Source of the DNA: Sphingomonadales bacterium
GTDB lineage: Bacteria; Pseudomonadota; Alphaproteobacteria; Sphingomonadales; Sphingomonadaceae
DNA: 50,811 nucleotides
Assembly: GCA_031362665.1 (NCBI GenBank)
Contig: JANLSY010000185.1
Coordinates: 1 to 50,811 of the forward strand
Direction: 5' to 3'
The notes beneath the pieces were generated by a model. It had not been told where the DNA came from, did no database searches, and saw nothing but the letters and a program-made list of their open reading frames with translations. Within the stretch, counting starts at the first letter, position 1. Each line of letters starts with the position of its first letter. Both the position numbers and the translations under genes were made by a program. Shown here one piece after another: positions 9,369 through 18,350 of this stretch.

Positions 9369-11798
9369 TTACCGGGGGCATGACGCACTTTGTGTTGTTG
9401 CTTCGATATGAACGGACCGGATGGTGGCAACAAGCCCTTTTGCCGCGTGCATACGTATGGGGGAACCGACCGCATCGAATTTTGCACCGGCATCGGCGAA
9501 ACAGCGCAATGCTATGCGGGTTTGTACCGGGGTTCCGGTAGGCAAGGCGCGTATCGCCTGCTGAATATCAATCGTCGCACCGCCAAATGACAGCATGACT
9601 GGCCCTGTAGCCGCCCGGTCAATCCGCCAGTCGATCAACAGCGTCCAGCCCTCGTCAAGTTGTTTGGAGAGGTTGACTGCCGGGCCGTTGACGACGAACG
9701 CGCCGTCGGCGTTCCACGTAAACTGTCGCGCGTCTTCCTGTGCCGAAAGGTCCACTGCCCGCGTGCTGATCGAACCGTCCATTTGCAGGTTCCAGGGCGC
9801 AGGAACCTTGCCGCGCACAAAATATTTTGTGGCCGTGGCTAGCGATGACATATCGACCCTTGGATCTTCGTTGACCTGCGCAAGCCTGCCCGAATGCCCG
9901 TAATCGAGCCCGTAGCCGAGCGGGAATAAAGGATCGATAAAAGGCGACCGCGCATCGGCGGGCCAGGCGAACGGCAAGCGTCCGGTAAAGTCGCGCGGCG
10001 CTTTGTTGTTACGACCCGCCACGAGCACGTCCGCAACGCCTGCACCCTGCGTTCCGGGCAACCATGCAGCAACGAAAGCATCCGCCTGATTGATGATCTT
10101 GCCGGTAAACATTGGCCTGCCAGACAGGAACAGGACGACTACCGGGATACCCTGCGATTTGAACCGCGCGATCATGTCTTGTTCGAATGATTGCGGCTGG
10201 AATGCGAGATGCGGTACATCGCCTTCAAACTCCGCATATGGCTTTTCGCCGAGCACGACGATCGCGACGTCGGGCTTTGCCTCGAACGTGCCCGCCGCCG
10301 AAATCATTGCAGTCCCGCCATTTGCCTTAACGGCTTCGGAAATGGCGCGACCTATCGTCTGGCCATTGGCAAAGTCTGCCGCAGTGGTATCGGTGCCCTG
10401 CCAGCTGATCGTCCAGCCACCGGCCTGCATCGCCATATTGTCAGCGCCCGATCCCGCAACCAGCACGCGTGCGCCATTGCGGATCGGCAGCACCCCGGCA
10501 TCATTCTTCAGCAGGACAAGCGACTTCGATACGGCTTCGCGGGCTAGCTGCAAATGCTCCTTTTTGCCAACCAACGATGTATCACCGCGCGTTGTCCGGG
10601 CGTCACCCATCAGCCCCAGCTTGTATTTGACGCGCAAGATACGGCGGACCGCATCGTCAATCCGTGCCTTAGAGATTCGCCCGTCGCGTGCCGCCGCCAG
10701 CGTTGAGTCAAATAGCGCTTTCCAGCTGTCGGGTGCCATGAACAGGTCGAGCCCGGCATTGATCGCAGCCGGACAATCGGTCGGCGCGCATCCCGCGACC
10801 TGGCCATGGCCATTCCAGTCACCGACAACCAGCCCGGTAAATCCCATTCGATCCTTCAACACTCCAGTCAGCAGCGAGGCATTGCCGTGATGCTTCACCC
10901 CATTCCAGCTCGAAAAGCTGGCCATTACCGTCAATGCGCCTGCATCGATTGCCGCGGGATAGCCTTGGGCATGCTTTGCAATCAGCTCTGCCTCGCCGAT
11001 TTGCGCATCGCCCTGATCGCGTCCATCCATTGTTCCGCCATCGGCAAGGAAATGCTTGGCGGTCGCGGCAACGCGCTGTGCATCCAGCGGTTTTCCGGCA
11101 ACCATCTGTCCTTGCAACCCGACGGTCATTGCGCGGGCGTAGCTGGCGATCAATGCCGGGTCGGACGAATATCCTTCATAGCTCCGTCCCCAGCGCAAGT
11201 CCTGCGGCACGGCAAGCGTTGGCGCAAAGGTCCATTCGATCCCACTTCCGGAAATCTCGGCCGCGGTGGCAACGCCGATCCGTTCGATCAGGTCGGCATC
11301 GCGCGCTGCACCAAGACCAATATTGTGCGGGAAAATAGTTGCTTCGGGCAGGTTGGAATGGCCGTGAACCGCATCTACGCCAAATAATATCGGGATACCG
11401 GCGCCCGATTTGCGCGATACATCGCGAAACGCGTCGACGAGCTTTTTCCACTGCGCGGCATTCGCCCGTTCGTCACCATAAGGGCCGGAATTGCCACCGG
11501 CCAGGATTGAGCCCAGCGGATAGCGCGCAAGGTCGTCGGGCTTGATCGAACTGATGTCCGCCTGGATCAACTGGCCTACTTTTTGTTCGACGGTCATTCG
11601 GGACAACAACGCCGAAATTTCGCTTTCCGTTTTGGCATCGGTGATCGCCGGCGGAGTGGCGGCGGTTGGCCAAAGCGCGGGGTTTGCGGTCGCTTGCGTG
11701 TTTGCAGATAAAGCATCCGGCGAATTGGTCGAGGCTATCGAAGATGCACAACCTGCCAAAGCGAAGGCACACAAAGCCGCCAATCGATCGAACCGCAT
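9369..11798 (-). CDS. GH3 beta-glucosidase / exo-beta-glucanase with C-terminal extra domain, probable lipoprotein
   Basis: DAVHGH, RWGRSYE, AKHF, nucleophile region VVGDWNG, GEKPYAE; lipobox LAGC; ATG 11798 after GGGAG. Confidence 0.94.
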   Translation of the reverse strand: MRFDRLAALCAFALAGCASSIASTNSPDALSANTQATANPALWPTAATPPAITDAKTESEISALLSRMTVEQKVGQLIQADISSIKPDDLARYPLGSILAGGNSGPYGDERANAAQWKKLVDAFRDVSRKSGAGIPILFGVDAVHGHSNLPEATIFPHNIGLGAARDADLIERIGVATAAEISGSGIEWTFAPTLAVPQDLRWGRSYEGYSSDPALIASYARAMTVGLQGQMVAGKPLDAQRVAATAKHFLADGGTMDGRDQGDAQIGEAELIAKHAQGYPAAIDAGALTVMASFSSWNGVKHHGNASLLTGVLKDRMGFTGLVVGDWNGHGQVAGCAPTDCPAAINAGLDLFMAPDSWKALFDSTLAAARDGRISKARIDDAVRRILRVKYKLGLMGDARTTRGDTSLVGKKEHLQLAREAVSKSLVLLKNDAGVLPIRNGARVLVAGSGADNMAMQAGGWTISWQGTDTTAADFANGQTIGRAISEAVKANGGTAMISAAGTFEAKPDVAIVVLGEKPYAEFEGDVPHLAFQPQSFEQDMIARFKSQGIPVVVLFLSGRPMFTGKIINQADAFVAAWLPGTQGAGVADVLVAGRNNKAPRDFTGRLPFAWPADARSPFIDPLFPLGYGLDYGHSGRLAQVNEDPRVDMSSLATATKYFVRGKVPAPWNLQMDGSISTRAVDLSAQEDARQFTWNADGAFVVNGPAVNLSKQLDEGWTLLIDWRIDRAATGPVMLSFGGATIDIQQAIRALPTGTPVQTRIALRCFADAGAKFDAVGSPIRMHAAKGLVATIRSVHIEATTQSASCPR

Positions 11799-11818
11799 CA
11801 AATCCACTCCCGCACGAT

Positions 11819-11836
11819 TTTGTGAACGTTATCATT
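11819..11836. promoter_or_regulatory. LacI-family operator upstream of GH3-gluP
   Basis: TTTGTGAACGTTATCATT; 13/14 identical to TGTGAACGCTATCA at 1478-1491. Confidence 0.75.
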
Positions 11837-12022
11837 AACTGCTGACAGCAACCGAAAGTAAAATCAAGCACCATCAGTATAGACCGCCCTGAACGTAGTG
11901 GTTGTGCGGCGCGGCGGGCACGGTCATAAGCGGGCTATGTCCGAACCACATAGCGCCTGTGTGATCCACGATCAGCTTATCGCGCGTTTGATTGCTATAT
12001 CTCACGCCGCCAAAATCCCTGC

Positions 12023-13399
12023 ATGACAGCCGGGGTATTCGACCTTTTCAAGATCGGCGTCGGTCCTTCGAGTTCGCACACCGTCGGGCCAATGGTAGCG
12101 GCGCGGCGTTTTTGCGAGCATCTCAAGGCGCACGATATGCTTCAGGCTACCCGCCATATCGCCATCGACCTGTACGGGTCGCTGGCGCTGACCGGCAAGG
12201 GCCATGCGTCCGACACCGCGCTCATCGTCGGCCTGACCGGCGCAGCCCCCGCCACCGCAGATATCGACGCGATCCCCGCGCTCATTGCTCAGACCCGCGA
12301 GACAAAGCGCATCGCCGTGCTCGGCCATCACGAGGTCGCCTTCGACCCAGCCACCGATATGCGATACCACCAGCGCGAGCGGCAGCCATTCCATAGCAAC
12401 GCCATGGCGTTCGAGGCTTATGGAGACGGTGACGAACTGCTGCGGCGGCGCCTCTATTATTCGGTCGGCGGCGGCTTTGTCGTTGACGAGGACGAGGCGG
12501 GCCGCAACGCGCGCGACGACCTCGCGCCTTCCGTCCCTTATGCCTATTGCTCTGGCAACGAATTACTGGGGCTCGGCGAGACAAGCGGGCTGACCTTCGC
12601 CGAAATGATGTTTGCCAACGAATGCGCTAGCCGTGACGCGGCCGAGGTCAACGCCGGGCTGGACACGGTGGCCGCCGCGATGTCCGACAGCATCGATCGC
12701 GGGTGTCAGCAAACCGGCACCCTGCCCGGCGGCCTCAACGTCAAGCGCCGCGCGCCGTCCTTTGCCGCCGAACTGGTCGCCAGAGCCGACCGCGCGCTGA
12801 ACGAACCATTGGCTCAGCTCGACTGGATCAACCTGTGGGCGATGGCCGTGAACGAAGAGAATGCCGCCGGTGGCCGCGTCGTCACCGCGCCGACCAATGG
12901 CGCGGCGGGCATCATCCCCGCCGTCATGCGCTATCACGAACGCTGCTATCGCGGCGGTCCGGAAAGCCGCCGCATCTTTCTGCTCACCGCCGCCGCCATC
13001 GGCGCGCTGTACAAACGCAACGCCTCGATTTCGGGCGCGGAGGTCGGCTGTCAGGGCGAAGTCGGCGTTGCCTGCTCGATGGCCGCCGCAGGGCTGACCG
13101 CGGCGCTGGGCGGCACCAATGCGCAGGTTGAGAATGCCGCCGAAATCGGCATGGAGCATAATCTCGGCCTCACCTGCGATCCGGTAGGCGGGCTCGTCCA
13201 AATCCCATGCATAGAGCGCAACGCGATGGGCGCCGTCAAAGCCATCGACGCCTCCCGCCTCGCCATGATGGGCGACGGATCGCACATGGTCAGCCTCGAC
13301 AAGGTCATCGAAACGATGCGGCAAACCGGAGCCGACATGCGCGACAAATATAAGGAAACCTCGCAAGGCGGGCTGGCGGTGAATGTGGTGGAGTGTTGA
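12023..13399 (+). CDS. sdaA: L-serine dehydratase (Fe-S dependent)
   Basis: [51 protein letters not shown]. Confidence 0.97.
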   Translation: MTAGVFDLFKIGVGPSSSHTVGPMVAARRFCEHLKAHDMLQATRHIAIDLYGSLALTGKGHASDTALIVGLTGAAPATADIDAIPALIAQTRETKRIAVLGHHEVAFDPATDMRYHQRERQPFHSNAMAFEAYGDGDELLRRRLYYSVGGGFVVDEDEAGRNARDDLAPSVPYAYCSGNELLGLGETSGLTFAEMMFANECASRDAAEVNAGLDTVAAAMSDSIDRGCQQTGTLPGGLNVKRRAPSFAAELVARADRALNEPLAQLDWINLWAMAVNEENAAGGRVVTAPTNGAAGIIPAVMRYHERCYRGGPESRRIFLLTAAAIGALYKRNASISGAEVGCQGEVGVACSMAAAGLTAALGGTNAQVENAAEIGMEHNLGLTCDPVGGLVQIPCIERNAMGAVKAIDASRLAMMGDGSHMVSLDKVIETMRQTGADMRDKYKETSQGGLAVNVVEC

Positions 13400-13689
13400 G
13401 GGGTTAGGCGAAAGCGGTGCGGTCAAGCAACTTCATCACTTCGGTGATCGCCACTGCCTCCACGCGCACCTTAGGCGCGCTCCTTCAATTGGTGGTGCGA
13501 CTTTGTCAACGTCCGCGCGAAGGGTGCGGTCGGTTCGCTCCGGAATAAAAGTGTAACAACATGTTGCTGGTAAGATATCGGCGATTGTGTCAGCCTGCAC
13601 GTTGAAAAGGTTCATCATATTCAATTCTATCTGCCCGATTCGGGGGTAGAGGTCGCTGGTGTCGCATTACAGCCAAAGAGGAGGATGAC

Positions 13690-14286
13690 ATGAAAACTAC
13701 CCGATTAATGTTGTCCGCAACGGCTGGAGTGGCGGTCGCCGCAGCGGCTTGGGCGCAGACTGACAAGATGGCGCCCATGGGCCGCGGCGAAGCAACTATT
13801 TATCGCGACCAAGATTTCCGTGGGCCGGCAGTTTTTGTGGGCGAGGCGAAAAGCAATTTGGGGCTGGCCTGGTCGGTCCGCTCGATCCGAGTGCGATCGG
13901 GCACATGGGAATTGTGCGCGCGCGCCCGCTACCGCTCGCCATGCTTCAGGGTTTCAGCCGACGAGAATGACCTGCGCCGGGTTTATCCTTTGCTCTACGC
14001 CGTCCAGTCGATGCGGCCCATAGGCTATGCACCCCCGGTTCAACCCGATCCGCCGGCCGGCACATCGCTGCGTGGCATGTCTGGTGAATTTTTCCCCGCA
14101 CCCGGTCGCAACGGATATCGCATATTATCCTGCCCCAATGGCAGTTCGACCGCCAATTGCGCGGCACAAACCGCTGATAACTATTGCAAGAACATAGGCT
14201 ATGGCGGATCGGCGAGCCAGACGCAGGAAACCATCTATAATCGCGTCTATCTTGCCGACGTGTTGTGCACGCGAACCGGGTACTGA
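13690..14286 (+). CDS. Secreted beta/gamma-crystallin-domain protein with Cys-containing C-terminal domain
   Basis: Signal peptide; IYRDQDFRG..SIRVRSGTWELC..Y Greek-key pattern; SD GAGGAGG. Confidence 0.75.
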   Translation: MKTTRLMLSATAGVAVAAAAWAQTDKMAPMGRGEATIYRDQDFRGPAVFVGEAKSNLGLAWSVRSIRVRSGTWELCARARYRSPCFRVSADENDLRRVYPLLYAVQSMRPIGYAPPVQPDPPAGTSLRGMSGEFFPAPGRNGYRILSCPNGSSTANCAAQTADNYCKNIGYGGSASQTQETIYNRVYLADVLCTRTGY

Positions 14287-14289
14287 TCG

Positions 14290-14937
14290 ATGCGCGGTTC
14301 AGTTATGATCGCCGCGGCAGTTGCCATTGCTGCCCCTGCCCTTGCCGCCACGCCCGATAGCTGGGCAAAGCTCGACAAGGTGTCGGAGGACGCATGCCTC
14401 AAGGCTGCAAACCTCGGCGGCGCCGCGGTCGGCGGACCGGCGCGCTATTCGGACCGGGTCGGCATCGACGCGCGGGTGGTCACAGGCACCTGGCCGCAAC
14501 CGCATATGAAGGGCGCCAAAGCCAAGATGCTGTGCCTCTACAACCGCAAGACCAAGCGCGCTGAGGTGCAGGAACTGGTTGAACCTTTGGTAAAGCAGGC
14601 GATGGCGGTCAAAGACGTGTGGTGGCGCGCCGAGGATATTGGCAGCAGGGGCGTGGTCGACAATAGCGAAGTTACGCTGATGCTCGGCAGCGATGGCAAA
14701 GTTGGCGGCAAGTCGGGCTGCAACGGATTTTCCGCTAATTACCAGCTTAGCGGCGATACTCTCAAGATCTACCCGCCGATGATTGGCACGCGGATGATGT
14801 GTCCGCCGGCGCTGATGAACCAGGAACAGGCCTATCGCTCGCTGATCGAGACAGCGCAGTCGGCGAGCGTCACGCCGGAGGGCGCGTTAGTCATTACAGC
14901 TTCTGGAGGAGAGACTATCCGCTTCACCCGAAAGTAG
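14290..14937 (+). CDS. Secreted META (HslJ-like) domain protein with an extra N-terminal domain
   Basis: Signal peptide; C-terminal GKSGCNGFSANY..GTRMMCPPALMNQE is a META signature. Confidence 0.85.
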   Translation: MRGSVMIAAAVAIAAPALAATPDSWAKLDKVSEDACLKAANLGGAAVGGPARYSDRVGIDARVVTGTWPQPHMKGAKAKMLCLYNRKTKRAEVQELVEPLVKQAMAVKDVWWRAEDIGSRGVVDNSEVTLMLGSDGKVGGKSGCNGFSANYQLSGDTLKIYPPMIGTRMMCPPALMNQEQAYRSLIETAQSASVTPEGALVITASGGETIRFTRK

Positions 14938-15026
14938 CGAGTGCCCAGCTGCCAGTTTTTCGCATATATCCTTGAAAGCACAAGGACGCTGGTGCAAAGC
15001 GGCGGCCAGCAAAAGACGGAGCTTTC

Positions 15027-15950
15027 ATGCAGGGCAGATTGGTTACGATATTCGGCGGCGGCGGGTTTTTGGGCCGTTATGTTGCGCAGGCCGTTCTCGC
15101 ACAGGGCGCGCGGGTGCGTATTGCCTGTCGCAACCCGGCGGGCGCGATGCATATTAAGCCGCTCGGCAATCTGGGGCAGGTGCAATTGATCACCGCCGAT
15201 GTGCGCAAACCAGGGAGTGTGGCACGGGCGGTGGCGGATGCGGATGCAGTGGTCAATCTGGTCGGCAGCTTCGATAACATGGACGCCGTGCAGCATATTG
15301 GCGCGGCCAATGTGGCAAGGGCCGCAGTCGCAGCTGGTGTTGGGGCGCTGGTACATATTTCGGCAATCGGAGCTGATGCGCAGAGTGAAGCCGAATATGG
15401 ACGGAGCAAAGCGGCGGGCGAAGCGGCGGTGCGTGCGGCCTTTCCATCTGCAACGATCCTGCGGCCTTCTATTGTTTTCGGTCGTGAGGATCAATTCATC
15501 AACCGCTTTGCAGGGCTGATCAGGATGTTGCCGGTCGTGCCGGTAATTGGCGCGAATACAAAATTTCAGCCGGTGTTTGTCGGCGATGTGGCGAAGGCGG
15601 TTGCCGCAGCGCTAGCGGACGAAAGCGGCGACACGTTCGAATTGGGCGGGCCTGAAGTCTTGACGATGCTCGAACTCAATCGCTGGATTGCAAACGCCAT
15701 CGGCCGCGATCCGGTGTTTGCGCCGGTTCCCGACTTCGCTGCCAAGCTACTCGCCAAAACGACAGGCTGGCTTCCCGGCGCCCCGATTACCATGGATCAG
15801 TTCAAGATGCTGGGTAGCGACAATGTGGTAACTGGCAAGGATGGCCTCGCCGCATTCGGCATCGTACCAACTCCCCTCGATACAGTCGCAGAGGACTGGC
15901 TGGATATCTATCGCAAACATGGGCGTTTCGGGCAGGCTTCGGCGGCATGA
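15027..15950 (+). CDS. NDUFA9-like NAD(P)-binding SDR oxidoreductase
   Basis: VTIFGGGGFLGRYV, YGRSKAAGE, LRPSIVFGRED. Confidence 0.92.
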   Translation: MQGRLVTIFGGGGFLGRYVAQAVLAQGARVRIACRNPAGAMHIKPLGNLGQVQLITADVRKPGSVARAVADADAVVNLVGSFDNMDAVQHIGAANVARAAVAAGVGALVHISAIGADAQSEAEYGRSKAAGEAAVRAAFPSATILRPSIVFGREDQFINRFAGLIRMLPVVPVIGANTKFQPVFVGDVAKAVAAALADESGDTFELGGPEVLTMLELNRWIANAIGRDPVFAPVPDFAAKLLAKTTGWLPGAPITMDQFKMLGSDNVVTGKDGLAAFGIVPTPLDTVAEDWLDIYRKHGRFGQASAA

Positions 15951-16747
15951 CCGATATCTGGGTTGCGATCATCCTCGGCATTGTCGAGGGTCTTACCGAA
16001 TTCTTGCCTGTCTCATCCACTGGCCACCTGATACTTGCAACCGAATTATTAGGCTATGATGCGGGACGCTGGGCGATTTTCAACATCGCCATACAACCCG
16101 GCGCGATTTTGGCGGTGGTAGTTTTATATTGGCGAACATTTCTGGAAGTGTTCAAGGGCCTGTTCACATGGGAAGCGGGCGCGGTAGCCTTTGTGCGCAA
16201 CCTGTTGCTCGCCTTTACCCCTGCGGTGGTGCTGGGGCTGGCCTTTGGCGATTTAATCGAGGTCATGCTCGAAAACGCGGTGATTGTCGCTTGGGCGCTG
16301 ATTATAGGCGGCATAGGCATTTTGATTGTCGAGAAATATGCAAAGCCGGAGGAAAGTGGTGGGGTTGCCGCGCTATCGGTACGCACATCCGCGCTCATCG
16401 GGCTGGTGCAGTGCCTCGCGATGATACCGGGAGTTTCGCGCTCGGGAGCAACTATTCTTGGGGCTATGTCGCTTGGCGTAGACCGCAAGACGGCTGCGGA
16501 ATTCAGCTTCTTCCTTGCGATGCCGACGCTGACAGGAGCAACCATATTACAATTGTTCAAGCACCGCGACGCGGTCAGCATGGATGATTTGGGTCTTATT
16601 GGTATCGGCTTCTTCGTTTCGTTTGTGGTCGCTTGGATCGTCATAAAGGCGTTTCTGGCGGTAGTGACCCGCTATGGCTTCGGTCCATTCGCATGGTATC
16701 GAATCGTCGCAGGCGTGGCTGCTTTGATTTGGCTGGCGCAGAGATAG
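15947..16747 (+). CDS. uppP: Undecaprenyl-diphosphate phosphatase
   Basis: GIVEGLTEFLPVSSTGHL and PGVSRSGAT motifs; ATGA overlap with upstream gene. Confidence 0.97.
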   Translation: MTDIWVAIILGIVEGLTEFLPVSSTGHLILATELLGYDAGRWAIFNIAIQPGAILAVVVLYWRTFLEVFKGLFTWEAGAVAFVRNLLLAFTPAVVLGLAFGDLIEVMLENAVIVAWALIIGGIGILIVEKYAKPEESGGVAALSVRTSALIGLVQCLAMIPGVSRSGATILGAMSLGVDRKTAAEFSFFLAMPTLTGATILQLFKHRDAVSMDDLGLIGIGFFVSFVVAWIVIKAFLAVVTRYGFGPFAWYRIVAGVAALIWLAQR

Positions 16748-16907
16748 GGCCGATGCGGTATTAGTTTATTGTAATATTATTACGGGTGTTGGAAATTTGC
16801 ATTCATATATCGCAATATAAGTCATAAATACTGACCTATTATTATGTTTTACGCGTGACTTTGGCCGACTGCCACCCTATGTGCGGCGCATCTTCAAGGA
16901 GTGCGTT

Positions 16908-18350
16908 GTGGCCAAAGATCCCATGCTCAAATTTGTATCACAGCCGCAGGCTTTTCCCGAAAAACGGGCCGCCAAACTGCGTGCCGAGGATTTTGCAGAG
17001 ATCGCCAACCGCTACGCGCCACAGGCAGCCGAAGAACAGGCTTCGCGCTGTTCGCAATGCGGAGTGCCTTATTGTTCGGTGCATTGCCCGCTGCACAACC
17101 ATATTCCCGACTGGCTACGCTTGACCGCTGAGGGCCGACTGCGCGAGGCCTATGAGCTTTCGAGCCTCACTAGTACAATGCCGGAAATATGCGGCCGCAT
17201 CTGTCCGCAGGACCGGCTTTGCGAAGGCAATTGCGTTATCGAATTTTCTGGCCACGACGCGGTCACCATCGGATCGGTTGAGAAATATATCACTGACACG
17301 GCATGGGAAAAAGGCTGGGTCGAACCGATCGAAGTTGGCCCGTTGCGGGGCCAATCGGTCGGAATCATAGGTGCAGGGCCAGGTGGCCTCACCACCGCGG
17401 AATATTTACGCGTCGCTGGCTATGAAGTCCATGTCTACGATCGCTACGACCGGATGGGCGGGTTGCTGACTTACGGCATCCCCGGATTCAAGCTCGAGAA
17501 AGATGTCGTCATGCGCCGGATCAATCGGCTCGAAGATGCGGGCATCATCTTCCATGCCAATTTCGAAGTCGGGCGTGATGCCTCGCTCGACGACCTCCGC
17601 GCCAAGCATGACGCGGTTTTGATAGCCACCGGCGTTTACAAGGCACGCGACATCAAGAAGCCGGGCATCGGTCTCAACGGGATTGTCCCCGCTCTAGATT
17701 ATCTGACTGCCTCGAACCGCAAGGGCTTTGGCGATACGGTAGAAGCCTTCGACAACGGTGCGCTCAATGCCGAGGGTAAAGACGTTGTCGTCATTGGCGG
17801 CGGCGATACTGCGATGGATTGTGTGCGGACCGCTATCCGGCAGGATGCAAAGTCAGTCAAATGCCTGTACCGCCGTGATCGCGAAAATATGCCCGGCTCG
17901 CAACGCGAGGTCGCCAATGCGGAGGAAGAAGGCATCGAATTTGTCTGGCTGTCCGGCCCCAAGGGCTTCGATGGCGATGATAAGGTCGAGCGCGTGCATG
18001 TAAGCAAGATGCGACTTGGCGCGCCCGATGCCAGCGGTCGCCGCGCGCCTGAGAATGACCCCGAGGGCGACTTCACGCTAAACGCAGACCTGGTGATAAC
18101 GGCACTCGGTTTCGAAGCTGAAGACCTGCCCATACTGTTCAACGCGCCCGACTTGGGCGTCACCCGCTGGGGCACTATACGCGTCGATCACACAACGATG
18201 ATGACCAATCTCGATGGTGTATTCGCGATCGGCGACATCGTGCGAGGTGCCAGCCTTGTCGTGTGGGCAATCCGCGATGGGCGGGATGTGACCGAGCATA
18301 TGCACAATTATCTGAAATCCAACGCCAGCCGAGAGAAGGTTGCAGCATGA
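16908..18350 (+). CDS. gltD: Glutamate synthase small subunit
   Basis: RCSQCGVPYC..CP, CGRICPQDRLCE, IGAGPGG, VIGGGDTAMDC; GTG 16908 after AAGGAG. Confidence 0.96.
   Translation: MAKDPMLKFVSQPQAFPEKRAAKLRAEDFAEIANRYAPQAAEEQASRCSQCGVPYCSVHCPLHNHIPDWLRLTAEGRLREAYELSSLTSTMPEICGRICPQDRLCEGNCVIEFSGHDAVTIGSVEKYITDTAWEKGWVEPIEVGPLRGQSVGIIGAGPGGLTTAEYLRVAGYEVHVYDRYDRMGGLLTYGIPGFKLEKDVVMRRINRLEDAGIIFHANFEVGRDASLDDLRAKHDAVLIATGVYKARDIKKPGIGLNGIVPALDYLTASNRKGFGDTVEAFDNGALNAEGKDVVVIGGGDTAMDCVRTAIRQDAKSVKCLYRRDRENMPGSQREVANAEEEGIEFVWLSGPKGFDGDDKVERVHVSKMRLGAPDASGRRAPENDPEGDFTLNADLVITALGFEAEDLPILFNAPDLGVTRWGTIRVDHTTMMTNLDGVFAIGDIVRGASLVVWAIRDGRDVTEHMHNYLKSNASREKVAA

Noticed and set aside
11837-12022. Glycine riboswitch upstream of sdaA
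   Set aside because: No GGAGA..CCGAAG..CUCUCAGG aptamer pattern visible.
13436-13624. 62-aa minus-strand ORF as a real gene
   Set aside because: No clear SD and no recognisable motif; kept only as a possible remnant.
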